64,000 nt of DNA from Hormiphora californensis (GCA_020137815.1 CM035350.1:10044001-10108000), one strand, 5' to 3'; positions 1 to 12,807 are shown, counted from the first letter of the stretch. A program made the numbers and translations. The notes: generated by a model not told the origin, from the sequence alone.

Positions 1-869
1 AATTGTCGCTAAGTTGATCTAGGGATTTAATGTTTAACAGATCGCAGAAATTTTTGTTAACGTAAATAGCAAGACCGCCTCCTTTACCACTGTAATCTGG
101 CGGGAATCTGGGTGAAGGGCTGATGGAAACCTTCCAGAGCCAGCTCCTCGCCGCTGAAAGGGAGATTAGAGGGGTTGCAATTGGTCTCGTTGAAACAAAG
201 GACGTCGAATTTCCTGAAGAAGCTCAAGTTCTCGTTAATATTTGTAATGCTCCCTGCTAAAGACCTGATGTTAGCAGAGAGGACTTGAAGCTCGCCAGTT
301 TTTTGAGTTTTGATGGCGGTGTGTGAGCGGTAATTACAGGATCTCAGAATTTCAGATGGTATTTCCCAATCCTCCGCGGATTCATCCGGAGAGGTATGCC
401 CTACATAGTTAATGAAGTTTTTGTGGTCGTACGGATTGAACGAGCTGGAGTTACGGCAGATGCGAGTGATGGGCGGGGCAACGTAGCCCGGAAGAACGTC
501 TCCAGCGCACGTCCTACAGCCTAGCGATCCCATGGAGCATTTGGGATGGGTGTAACGCTCACAGAGCCAGCATTGGCTCATCTTTGGGAGATTGCCAATT
601 TTTTTGCAGATGTGGCAGGTGATATTGTATAGTGCAGCGAGAGTAAGTGGAGTAGAGTTTTCATTTGTAGGGAGAAGATCTAGTGGAAGAGCTGATCTCG
701 TACATGGTTCACATGTCCAGGTACAAGCGAGGCCAGAATTTTCTAGGATAAGTATATCAGTAGGGGCTAAATTTACACACTTAGGGTGGAACGACATGTT
801 GCATTGGTGACAATTAACATTTTTCTTGTGTTTCCAAATTTTAGTTGTGCAGTTACTACAGTGCTGCAT
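1..869 (-). CDS. LINE ORF2 N-terminus: two PHD-like zinc fingers followed by APE endonuclease; frameshift near 90
   Basis: Two Cys/His clusters: CSNC..CHQC..HPKC..CEPC and CHIC..CWLC..HPKC..CRTC. APE motifs follow. After the stop at 84 the neighbouring frame reads SGKGGGLAIYVNKNFC. Confidence 0.8.
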
Positions 870-1172
870 CTGATGTTGGTAGTAGTTATTATACAAATAT
901 TATACGTTATGTAAGTAAAGTAATGAGGCTGGGGTGTTACTGAGAAGATTAGGGAACCTTATGTTCAGTAGCACAGCAGCCTAACAAAAAAGAGATAGGC
1001 TAGGCTAAGTTGAGAGTATTAGAAAGAAGAAGGTGGGGGTTAGGATTGGGGGGGGGGGAGGGGTTGAGAAGTTGAGTTTGGAAAGTTAAGTTAATTTGAT
1101 GTTGTGGGGACAGCAGGTTATAAAGTGAGCGTGTTGTGAATATAAAATGATGATTCAGATGACCCGTTGTGA

Positions 1173-2471
1173 TCAGCCTACATACCCCTGTATGTCTCTG
1201 AGTTCCGCTCTGAGTGGCCAGAGGCGCCAGCCCTGCCATCTACCCGGCCCACCATAGAGATGGTCGGTAAGGTGGATGGCGATGGACCTCGATAACCTAC
1301 GCTTGACGGTGGGGAGCAGGTGTATACCGTGACGTTCGTCCAGTATACGACTGCCCCTGCACCACAACCCTCTTGCTTCCGCATGAGTGTCAAGGAAGAG
1401 AAGGTTGGGGAGAGCACCTGATAACTCAAAAAGTTCAAAGTTCGTGTCCTTCACCTCATAATTGACCCATTTTCCAGTGGTGCGAGATGCCGTTTCTAGG
1501 AGAGAGTTTATCACGAACGTGGTGCCTGGATGTTTAACGCAAAGGCGCCGGATCATCGGACCCACTATCTCAATTAGAGACCATGCTCGGTGACCATATC
1601 TTGTGATGTCGTTGATGCCAGCCGAGATGAATACTGTATCAGTGCCCTCAAACATGTGGGAGTATTTGTCCAGGTCAGTTAGCTGATAGAACTGACGGTA
1701 TACCACCTGTAGACCTGGAATACCAGATGGGAAGTCCCTATCGATGCCACTGAACATAGAATCCGACAGTATTAGAACCCGTTTAGGAGGGCGCCGGGGA
1801 GTCTCGGGTTCTTTAACAGGGGGAACACGGGAAGGGGTGTCGGAGATGGGGATGGGGGACAGTTTACGGAACGTCAGTGAGATGCGGGGCTCCTTCACTG
1901 CTGGCTCCCTGGGAATACAGTGCTCCCAGTTCTCTTGGCATTCCCGGGAGAAAGCATACCCTGAACCATGATGCTGGGGATGGGTGAATGTGACCTTCGC
2001 CCCGGACAGGGATCTAATGTGGAGTGTCCTGGATGACCCGAGTGATACACAAACTATGTCACTGTCCTGACAGATTTGACCCTCATCATCCTGGTGCCAC
2101 GGGATGTTATAGTTACCATTCCTGTACAGGGTGACCAGGCACGAAAACTCCCCAATACCCTCAATTACCTCGGACAGCTTCTCTCTGATCTCGAATAAAG
2201 GCCCTTCAGTGGGGAAGGGGAGTGCTGGGTGGTACCTACCCCCATATTGATAGGAACTACCAAAGTTGGCGATATCTCGACTACCCTCTCTAGTGAAGTG
2301 GATAGTGGATGTCAGCTGCTCCACGGTGAATTGAGTGAGATTCAAGTTGAAAGACCTTACCGGGGAGACGGAGGTAGAGGTTACACTTGGGCTGGAGGAT
2401 TCACTACTGCTCGAAGATAGCGTCTGCGTCTCATCCGGACATGAGGGAGGTAGAGGGGGATTAGCTGTGAG

Positions 2472-2512
<41 letters not shown>

Positions 2513-2756
2513 GCTGCTGTAGTTGTTGTAACTCTCGGATTTGTTCCTTGAGCTCAGCAATATCAGACTTTGCTTTATCTAGCTGTTCAGTCAGCTCACA
2601 ACACACTTCACATTCCTTACTCCGCTCCTTCACACTCTTGTTCTTGACTCGCTCAGACTGTCGGAGGCTGTTGGTAGGAGGGCTTGATGTAGAACGTCTA
2701 CGGTCAGTCAACTTACCAGGGACGGCTGGGCGTGCCGGGGTGGATTTGGGAGGCAT
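1173..2756 (-). CDS. LINE ORF1 protein (527 aa): basic N-terminus, CxxC/coiled coil, polyQ, AlkB-like 2OG-Fe(II) dioxygenase, SGNH/GDSL esterase
   Basis: ATG at 2756 in gccgccATG context. AlkB motifs IPWHQDDE (HxD), VCVSLGSSR, WEHCIP and RISLTFR at ~1860-2330. SGNH blocks VLILSDSM, VFISAGINDI and HGIHL at ~1230-1780. Confidence 0.85.
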
Positions 2757-2875
2757 GGCGGCGGTGGGCGACCAGCCCCAGCAGCCCAAAGATGTTCTCG
2801 AAGCTAAATCAGGCGATCCTGCTGTCCCATGCGTTGTTATCAGTTTAGCAGAGCAAGATCAGTAGCAACATATCA

Positions 2876-2960
2876 TTGATAGAGAAATGTGAGAATGATA
2901 GAGAAATGTGAGAATGATAGAGAAATGTGAGAATGATAGAGAAATGTGAGAAATGTGGAA
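2876..2960. repeat. 19-bp tandem repeat (gatagagaaatgtgagaat) ~x4 next to the LINE 5' end
   Basis: Seen directly. Confidence 0.85.
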
Positions 2961-3507
2961 ATGCTATCAGTAAAGGGGCTGCTATTCTATTGAGTGGTAC
3001 CTCAAAATGCTGAACAACAAATGATTAATTAATTAGGGAACTGGACCTCTGTCCTCTACAATGGTGGTCGGCACCATTAGGGGTATGAGTGTGGGCTGAT
3101 TCACCTTCTCCAAAAACGTCGGAGAGTGGTTGGCAGGCCAATGCTCTGACAAGAGAGTGGTATGAACAATGTCGGATCGGTTCTGTGTTTATGTACAGCT
3201 CCTGTGGAATATTCTGGATATTATCCGGAAAAGTCTCCTGCTGCCACTGCTGTCTACTATTGTGATGAGCTAGCAACTGTGTCCCAATCAGATTGTAGAC
3301 ACAATCTACCACACACACACAGGTATTATAATACCCCCCCTGTGTTTTTGACCCTTTTCAGTTGGTATAATTATTTGCTATATCTGTGATTAATATTAAT
3401 TAAGTGTACATTCATATCTGACATTGTCTGTTAACCCTCCCTCTCCTATCTGCCAGGAGATGATCGTGTTAGGAAGGGTCAGTGGCTGATAATAAATCTT
3501 CCAAATT

Positions 3508-6500
3508 ATGAAGGAGCAGGCTGACTGGGAGCTACGCTCGGAAAGGTTTGTGTCATTCCCTTCCCAGCCCCATCCCAGCTGCACCAATTGTTTTTGTTGT
3601 TTGGATGATTGCCAAACCTTGGTAACCATGGTAACCTGAATCTTGTACTATTTGCAGAGTGGCTGATATTCTGATGGATTATCTGGACGTGACGGAGGGG
3701 GAAGATAGTCTTGATGAGGGAACACCTCTACCCAGCGAGGAGCCCATGGTGCCCCCATCAACTGGTTAGTACTACTGTTCTTTCTTCCACACCCTGCAAT
3801 TTCTCCACCCCATCAGGCAGCAACTGGTGCCATGCAGTGACTGTTCTGAGTTCTCGGTGCTATGTGTGTGTAACCATGGTAACCTTGGTAACCCTGATAT
3901 TTTACAGGTACCAACTGGTGCAGTGACTGTTCTCGGTGCTATGTGTGTGACTCTATCTCCAAGGAGGTTCATGCTATTTGTGCAGCACCAGCAGCTACCC
4001 TTGATATGGATTACCTGTCCAACCACCTCCAGTATCTTGTATCCACCACCCACAAACTCGTCCTAGCTGCAGCAGGTTAATGAGAATTAGGGCAAATTAG
4101 GGCACCCCTAGACCGTAGTTCAACAAGTTGTTGATAGCTAGCTAAATAAACATTGGATGGTTTAATTCTTTGGAATCACCGGGAATCACACATTTAACAC
4201 AACAGTTAACACAGAACATCCCCGGTTTACACACTCTTCCAAGAAGAAAACACACTTTCTCAAAACACCGCCTTCTTAAACACATACCACTCTTCAGAAC
4301 AAGATAGAGACGAGTTATCGGTCAGTTCCCAGTGTGATGTTAGTAGCACTACAGAGAGCAAGATGTCAAAACCACAGATCCTGTTGGAGAATTGGGATTA
4401 CGATACCTGCTATGAACCTCACCCTGACTGTAACCCATGCTATCCCTGCTCAATCTTTTCCCGTGAGGTAACCAATACAAACTCTATCCCTGTTCTATCT
4501 TTTCCTGTGAAGTAACCAATACAAACTCCATCTCTGCTCTATCTTTTAAAGCGTTACTCTCTAAACGCTCCCTCCAGGTCCATGGATATCTGAGAGCGAG
4601 AGCACGTCTAACAGCAAGTCATCACAAGGAGCTACTTGGACAGACCCTTGCTAGGAACCTCTCCCTTGCTGTTGAGAGATTCATCAGTTTTGCAGTGTTC
4701 CTTAAAACTGGAAACACGAGCTATTTCAAACCCAGGTAATTACATTTCACGAGTTATTTCAAACCCAGGTAATTACATTTCACTTTTGGCAATGCAACAA
4801 GGGTTCTTGGCTATGATATACTGCAACATGGGCCAATGGACACGTGCCAAGATTCCGTGTACTGTTTGTATCCGGTGTTCAGAGACCCGTGAGAGAGGGT
4901 CAGAACGAGAGATATTATCTGAACAATTGTAACGTGAGATTTCCCTATCTAACTAGTTGAGCTACAAGTTACTTGACACGATCTAATAGCATGTTCCCCA
5001 CAGAACGACAGTGAGACGGAAGGTATTGGAGAAGTTTGCAGACCTGATCCTGGCAGTGGTTCTCAAGCAACTAGCCGGAGAATCTGTAGACTTCCAAGCA
5101 GTGTTGTCAGAGACAATGAGAGAGCGCCCAATAATAACATCCTCCCTGGGTACCACAAACAACAGACAGACAAAGCAACATACAAATCAACATCTACAGA
5201 CGAATCTACAGACGAATCAACAGACAAAGCAACAGACGAGCAAAACTTTGACAACAAGGACCTCAGCCACCCAGCAGGCTAATCTCACAAAAACTAAAGC
5301 CGTTGAAAGACAGAGTAGACCTCCTCAGAGATCTGACAAGATAGGAGGAAGAAAACAGGGCAGTCCATCATCGGTTACTTCTAATTCTGGAGATCAACAT
5401 AAGCGGGTGTCTTCTCTTGAAAATAAACGGGTGTCCTCTCTTGAAAATAAGCGGGTTTCATCCTTAGAGACCAAGAGGGTATCGTCTACAGAGACCAAGA
5501 GGGTATCGTCCACAGAGAACAAAACCAGATCCAGTACCACTAATGTTATCAGGAAGAGTAAAAGCACCTCAGCTATCTCTAACCCCGGTCCTGTAAAGAA
5601 ACCCTTTGGGGGGTCCCGGGCAGACTTCAAAGTGTTCACGTACCAGGGCGGTGTTAGTAGTAGCTCTAACAAGAAAGTGGTAAAGTGCTCCAGTATGAGC
5701 AATCTAGCAGTGGATAGTGGTGGTGGTGGTGGGTCACCCGCTGGGTTCAGGAGCAGGAACACCAAGTACAGTCACATCAAGTCTAAAGTTGACAGTGGCA
5801 CTTCAAACCAGAGTGTTCCTGCAGGGAAAAAAGAACATAGTGTTCCTGTGAAGGGTTCAGGTGGCAGAAAGAAACCCTCTTCCCCAACCACTATAACATC
5901 AGGGTCTAAACCGCCCTCCAAACAGTCAACACCACCAAAAGACCCGGAATTGAGTGAGTTGATGTACGAAGTTAACGACCAGGAATTCCTAAGGAAGATG
6001 CGGGAGGCGACCCAGTCACCATCAGATGAGTTTTATGAGCTGGCGGCACAGGACTTCCAATCCTCTCACTACCAATCGCAGAACTTCTATTTTGACGCCG
6101 TGGATGGGATGGTAGAGGAGGGTGGGATGGTAGAGGAGGGTGGGATGGGAGAGGAGGGTGGGATGGGAGAGGAGGATCAGATGGAGGAGGATGAGGAGGA
6201 AGAGGAGGAGGAGGAGGAGGAGGAGGAGGAGGAGGAGGATGAGGAGGAGGAGGAGGGTGTGTTTATTGGTGATGATGATACTGCACTGAACACCCAACAT
6301 AACTCCCAATCCAATCATTCAGAATATCACGTTGGCCAGGATTCAAGGGTTCAAGATGTCCGGCACAGTAAACATCACCACAGCTCACAGCACACCAACA
6401 AGTCCCACTCGCAGTATAATAACACACCACAAAACACTAGTCATGGTGTTACTGACATCCAGAACATGACTCTCCATGATGTTAGTCTACACAGTGATAT

Positions 6501-9500
6501 CCAGATGGATTCATCCGGTGCGGAATTAGAGGTAGTAACTGATTCGCAGGAGATGGAGGTGGTAACTGATTCTCAAGAGATAGAGGTGGCAACTGATTCT
6601 CAATATGACGAGCAGATGGAGATAGAGATGGGAAAAAGACAGGGAGACAGAGAGGGAGAGAGGAAGGGAGACAGACAAGAAGAAAGAAGGGGACAGAGGC
6701 AGGGAGACAGACATGGACTAGTCCAGTCTCAAACCACTGCTCATCAGAATCACTATCTTACAGCTGACTATGTTGAAACTGTAAGTGAGGATGAGATTAG
6801 AGAGACAGTGCGGCAGACAGTTGATAGAATCAACTCTATCCAACAGCACCAGATAGACCATCAGGAACTGAATCATCAGGAACTGGATCACCAGGCTGTG
6901 ACACACCTCCATCAGACACACGACCTGACCCAGGCAGTCATACACGATCATCATGAAACAATCCAACTGGATCAGAGAGTTCGTTACCATGACAACCAGG
7001 ACGTGACGCAGGGAGTTCGTTACCATGACAACCAGGACGTGACGCAGGGAGTTCGTTACCATGACAACCAGGACGTGACGCAGGGAGTTCGTTACCATGA
7101 CAACCAGGACGTGACTCAGGGAGTTCGTTACCATGACCACCAGGATGTGACACAGGGAGTTCGTTACCATGACAACCAGGACATGGATCAGGGAGTTCGT
7201 TACCATGACAACCAGGAAGTAACGCAGGGAGTTCGTTACCATGACAACCATGACGTGACGCAAGGAGTTCGTTACCATGACAACCAGGACGTGACGCAGG
7301 GAGTCCGTTACCATGACAACCAGGACGTGACGCAGGGAGTTCGTTACCATGACAACCAGGGCGTGACGCAGCGTGCCTACTCGCAGGAAAGGGGTTCTGA
7401 CAATGTGATAACTCACACAGAGAGAACAGAGAGGGCTGCTAGTTATCCACCTGAGAGACCCGTTACTAGGTCACCAGAAGGAGCGGTTGCTATGGAAACA
7501 GCACTCTACAAACATGAAACCATTGATCGTCTGGACGTCTCTTCAGAGAAGAAGAAAGACAAGAAGATGAAGAAGGACAAGAAAAACAAAAAAGGAAAGT
7601 CCGCCCAAGGTTCAGATAATATGGTGAAGGATCACTATACTGAGCCAGATAACAGACCACTAGAAATGGCTCGGATTATGAGCCCTGAGGTCCCTATCTA
7701 CTACACTAAAGCGTCCCCCTCCCCTTGTAACCATGACGACGAGGAAGATGACGTCACAGCTTGTAAAACTCCCGATCTAAGACACCTCAGCTCCAGCTCT
7801 CCCCGGAAATCCCCCTACAACAAGCGAAGACAGGAGGAGCATGAAGGGAGTAGTGGTGGGAGCAGTATCTATCTGGACTCTGCTCTCTCCACTATATTCT
7901 CTGGGGAGGAATATCCAGCGAGAGGGAGGGGTGAGATGGTTACCTCTCCTGTTATACAAGAGGAGGAGGAGGAGGAGAGTGATAACTCCGTGTTCCAGAA
8001 CTATCTCATCTCTATGGCAACCACTGTACAAGACAAAACCACCAAGACTTCAGAGTCCTTTGACTCTGCTGTAGAGAGGTTAAACAATCTAGGAGAGGAG
8101 GATACCATGACTCTATCTGAGTACATGAGAGCCTTTAGTCCCCTCTATTCCAACATAATCAGTCGGAGCAGGAGCAGGAGTAAGGGTGATAGAGGGGCTG
8201 CTACGGATGTAGTAGATAACCGAACAGTTAGCAGCTGTAGTTTCAACGAGGCTGAGTTAGACGAGGAGGTGAGGAGGATTAACAGTCAGAGTAGTATGCT
8301 GACTGAGACACTTGGGAAGGTAGAGCACGTACTGGATGAGATAACTAGGATGGCGGGGGATGAGAGTACTGTAACAGGACCCGGGGAGCAGCAGCAACAG
8401 CAGCATGGTGGGGTCCAAGGTAGTGGTAGTGGGATGAGTGGGATAATGGATAGTTTGAACAGGGCTAAAGCTAACGTTGCAGAGGAGAAGGTTGCTATTA
8501 GGAGCAATATCAAGATGACCCAGAACAGAATCCAACAGTTCCCGATAGGTCCAGATAGGCAGGTCGAGAAGATGAGGAGTGAGAGTATGAAGTTGTTAAA
8601 GGAACATGAAGCAACACTAAGGAAGATCCTGAAGTATGAAACCAAGTTGGATAAATTAAAAGGTGCTGTGGCTGGGATCCTAAAAAAGCGGTCTGATATT
8701 GAGATAAGAATTCAGAGCAGATTGTCAGTAAGAGAAGGTGGTACCCCTTACAGCTTCACTCCAGTTCGAGGGAATACCCCTCAGTTGTCTGTTCGAGGAA
8801 ATACCCCTCAGTTGTCTGTTAGAGGTAACACCCCTCTATTGTCGGCAGGACCGAGTACAGTTAGTCTCTCTCAGGCACCATTTAGTAGCAGTAGCGTGTC
8901 CCAGCAGCAACTGATAAGCAGTGTATCACAAAGCAGTGTAGTGAGCAACACTCAGAGGAACAATGTTTCAGTGAAATCAGGTAGTGTTCCACAAGTTCAC
9001 CATGGCAACACACCACAGCAACAACATCTTGGCAACACACCGCAGCAACAACACCGTGGCAACACACCACAGCAGCAACACCATGGCAACACACCACAGC
9101 AACAACACCGTGGCAACACACCACAGCAACAACACCGTGGCAACACACCGCAGCAACAACACCATGGCAACACACCACAGCAACAACACCATGGCAACAC
9201 ACCACAGCATCACCGTGGCAACACACCAAAGGAACAACACCATGGCAACACACCAGAACATGAAATCGAGCAGAAATCTGGTAAAACTAAATCTCGGAAA
9301 AAGTCTAAGAAGAAGAACAAACGTCACAACAGTGACCATAGCAACACAGACCAGCACCATAGCAACACAGACCAGCACCATAACAACACAGACCAGCACC
9401 ATAGCAACACAGACCAGCACCATAGCAACACAGACCGCCACCATGGCAAGACAGACCGGCACCATAGCAACACAGACCGGCACCATAGCAACACAGACCG

Positions 9501-10602
9501 GCACCATAACAACACAGACCAGCACCATAACAACACAGACCAGCACCATAACAACACAGACCGGCACCATAGCAACACAGACCGGCACCATAGCAACACA
9601 GACCGGCACCATAGCAACACAGACCTGCACCATAGCAACACAAACCGGCACCATAGCAACACAGACCGGCACCATAGCAACACAGACCGGCACCATAGCA
9701 ACACAGACCGGCACCATAGCAACACAGACCGGCACCATAGCAACACAAACCGGTACCATAGCAACACAGACCGGCACCATAGCAACACAGACCTGCACCA
9801 TAACAGCACAGACCTGCACCACAGCAACACAGACCGGCACCATAGCAACACAGAGTGTGCGAACCAGACAATGTACTTCCAAGAGACAAGATCGACCCGA
9901 TCCAATTCTATCAGTAGTAACTCTGACCACTCATCCATATCTGGTGGGACAAGTCACAAGCGACGTGACACAAGTCTGATGAAACTGGCTGTATCTAACC
10001 ACATGCAATCAATTGTATCAGGTTCCACCAAGGCGATACACCCAGAGGGAGGCGATCCTTGTGACAATCGACCCCTCCTATCCAGCCTGCCTCTCTATCA
10101 AGATGTGTCTGCTGTGAAAAAGAGGGCAATCAGTATCTCTCCCCACAAAATGCCTGCTGCTGCTGTAAGATCTCCAACCAGCACCTCTCCCCACAAAATG
10201 CCCGCTGCTGCTGTTAGGTCACCACCCAGCATCTCTCCCCACAAAATGCCTGCTGCTGCGGTAAGGTCACCACCCAGTATCTCTCCCCACAAACTGCCTG
10301 CTGCTGCTGTTAGGTCCTCACACAGCACCTCTCCCCACATTATCTCCAACATTTCCAACATAGACCAGAGTGTAACAGAGGACAGCGACACCTCAACCTC
10401 TGGTATCGAGCTGACTAAGACAAGTAGGGTGGATATGTCTTGTATTGTAGCCAACAGTGATGAGGACTCACTAGGTTCAGATGTGGTGCTAACCCCTGCC
10501 CTGATGTATCCACAAGGACAGTTCTCAGAGGACGGTCTGGAGTATGGGACAGACCTGGCAGGGGATTTATTAGCAGAAAACAGACAGTACCAGTTATACT
10601 GA
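3508..10602 (+). CDS. Uncharacterised ~2000-aa low-complexity protein; exons 3508-3545, 3658-3764, 4298-4467, 4578-4735, 5004-10602
   Basis: GT-AG junctions with consistent phases join the small exons into the 1863-aa open frame. Contains an acidic tract, a coiled coil and several tandem peptide repeats. No domain recognised, and the start codon is uncertain. Confidence 0.7.
6976..7372 (+). repeat. Coding minisatellite, 36 bp x11 (RYHDNQDVTQGV)
   Basis: Seen directly; unit contains gttaccatgacaac. Confidence 0.95.
8998..9256 (+). repeat. Coding minisatellite, 27 bp (HHGNTPQQQ) ~x9-10
   Basis: Seen directly. Confidence 0.9.
9337..9853 (+). repeat. Coding minisatellite, 21 bp (HSNTDRH) ~x24
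   Basis: Seen directly. Confidence 0.95.
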
Positions 10603-10891
10603 CAACTGACAAGATAGCTGCTGCAGTTAACTGCAGTTGTTGCCTGGTAACCATGACAATGACATTAAAATATCAATACTCTGAGACACTGTGAGACATT
10701 GTGAGAGATGTGGTAGACCCACGTATTGGAGAATTGATTGTAGCTGTATTTTTTATGTAGATGTAGTTGTAGGACACCTTGTATTGTCTGTCGCTGCTGT
10801 GCCACTCGATGACACAGACAGAACTTGTATTACAAGTTGTAGCACTTTTGACTTTGAATTGAGAAACTTAGGTTTAGGAATTTATATTTAA

Positions 10892-11773
10892 CCCTTTGGA
10901 GACGATTGGGTCACAGGTGACCCAGTACTTTGAACCCATTTAGCGTCTTTATAGATCATGTTTGAATGTTTTAAGTTGTTTCCAGGGTTGAAACATACAT
11001 TTTTCTACCATTTTGAGGTCGTTTTGAGCCTCTGAAGTTGTCGAATTCGGAAAACAGGGCTAAAACAGTGCATTTGGTAGGCAAAATGGGTAGTTTAATG
11101 GCCATATCTCAAAATTGGTACGAGTATGCTTAAAATGGACTTGGAAAATGCAAGAAAAGTGTGTATTTTACCCCGGGGTAAAGTTTCAGGGTGATATTAC
11201 AAATTTTGTACCTCTCGGAGGCCTTCAAAGTGCTGGGTCACCTGTGACCCAATCGTCCCCTAACGCTAAAACAGAAATTTGCATTTTACGAGCATTTCTA
11301 AAGGAATGGCCGCCGATAAATGTCTAAAACGGCATTTTTTAAACAGGTGCTAGCGACTAACCGACTCTATCATTGATATCTCAACATCATAGGAAGTCGA
11401 TGAAAAATTTTTTGAGATCCGTGCTCCTTCATAAAATTTTTCATCTCGGCCAATTTTGAAATTCTAAAATCGGCTACAGATGAGATAGAGAGGTCCATAG
11501 GGTGTGCAAAATGTGCAGAATGGCCGGGTTTGTATAAGTGTTATGAAGAAACATAGGGCCTAAAATGAGCGGTTTTCGAGTTATGGTGCAAAATAGCTGC
11601 GAAATCTCAATTCCTGTTTTAGCGTTAGGGGACGATTGGGTCACAGGTGACCCAATAGAAATACAGGTGGTAGAACCAAAATTCCTTTTCCTGCGTTCAA
11701 GTAGGTTCAAAGTAAGTGTCTCCAGAAAGTTTTAGAGAATTCTGTCGACAGGGGGCTTATCGTCCCCAAAGGG
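10892..11773. mobile_element. Non-autonomous piggyBac-type element
   Basis: TTAA at 10888-10891 and 11774-11777. TIRs ccctttggagacgat / atcgtccccaaaggg match at 14 of 15 positions. Internal inverted repeat pair at ~11234-11272 and ~11613-11653. Confidence 0.85.
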
Positions 11774-11999
11774 TTAAATGTGTCCGAGTATTCCATTGAA
11801 TGTTAATCAATTTGACTTTGAATTCATTTGAAGCGAATCCTTTATTTCTGTGTTAAAGAATCAGACATCCAATGACGTCATATCATGACATCATGCACTT
11901 TTGTAACGCGCAAATATTAAACGCGGCGCGTGATCAAGTGAAACTGAAAATCAAGCGCGCGCGTTACGTCCGCGTCGGTGCATCTCAGCCCTCCGAAAA

Positions 12000-12807
12000 G
12001 GAAAACGTTAAAACCCCAACACCGGGGGCAAATGATCGAACCCAATGTGAATGAGACTCATCGCGATTAACTCTTCATACGGTTACCCCCTTTTTCTCTT
12101 CGGCAGCTTCTCTTCGGCTGTCGGAAAGTGATGCCTTGGGCACGTCGCGCCCCCCATGTTCGTGCGCCCGTAGGGCGATCCCCTACGGGGCTTGCCTGCT
12201 TCGCAGGAAAGTGATGCCAATCGGTGTTGGGGTTAGTGAATTTAAAAAAAAAAAAAATTAAAACTTAAAATGAAAAATCAAAAATCTGGATGCCTTTCAT
12301 TGCTAACAATTCGTAGTTTTAGTGCGCGCGACGGGTTAGGGCTATCCGTTAGGGTCTGGTTAGGGTTTGGTTTGGGGTTATCGGTTAGGGCTATCGATTC
12401 TCTAACAGATACCGTTTAGTTTATTCAAATTAGCCATGTGGTTGCGTGGCTATAGCCGTTTGAAAAAAGTCGGTCTAAGTGTACTCTTTTGGTAACGCGC
12501 ACCTGTAAACACGCTGCAAGGCACCCAGATTATAATCGCGCCCGTTAAAATCTGGGTGCCTTTCATTGCTAACAATTCGTAGTTTTGGCGCGCGACGGGT
12601 TAGGGCTATCCGTTAGGGTCTGGTTAGGGTTTGGTTTGGGGGTATCGGTTAGGGCTATCGATTCTCTAACTGATACCGTTTAGTTTACTCAAATCGGCCA
12701 TGTGGTTCCATGGCTATAGCCGTTTGAAAAAAGTCGGTCTAAGTATACTCTTTTGGTAGCGTGCACCTGTAAACAGGCTGCAAGGCACCCAGATTATAAT
12801 CGCGCCC
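12000..12807 (+). mobile_element. Mutator-like non-autonomous element, composite: two ~265-bp units with telomere-like tracts plus a nested IR-bounded insert
   Basis: 9-bp TSD ctccgaaaa at 11991-11999 and 12808-12816. GG...CC termini. Tandem units at ~12280-12545 and 12546-12807. The nested insert is bounded by aaccccaacaccg / cggtgttggggtt. Confidence 0.8.

Larger units (their letters stand above)
1..2870 (-). mobile_element. Non-LTR retrotransposon (CR1/L2-like), 5' portion: 5'UTR, ORF1, spacer and start of ORF2; continues off the left edge
   Basis: Two intronless ORFs in tandem on the minus strand. ORF2 has APE endonuclease motifs (LQVLSANIRSL, FDVLCFNET, GGGLAIYV). ORF1 ends in an SGNH esterase domain, as in some CR1/L2 ORF1s. 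The 5' boundary is approximate. Confidence 0.85.

Noticed and set aside
8882-9979. Cys/Val/Thr-rich ORFs (CCYGAGL, VAMVPVC, TIATQT)
   Set aside because: Alternative-frame and antisense shadows of the 21- and 27-bp coding repeats.
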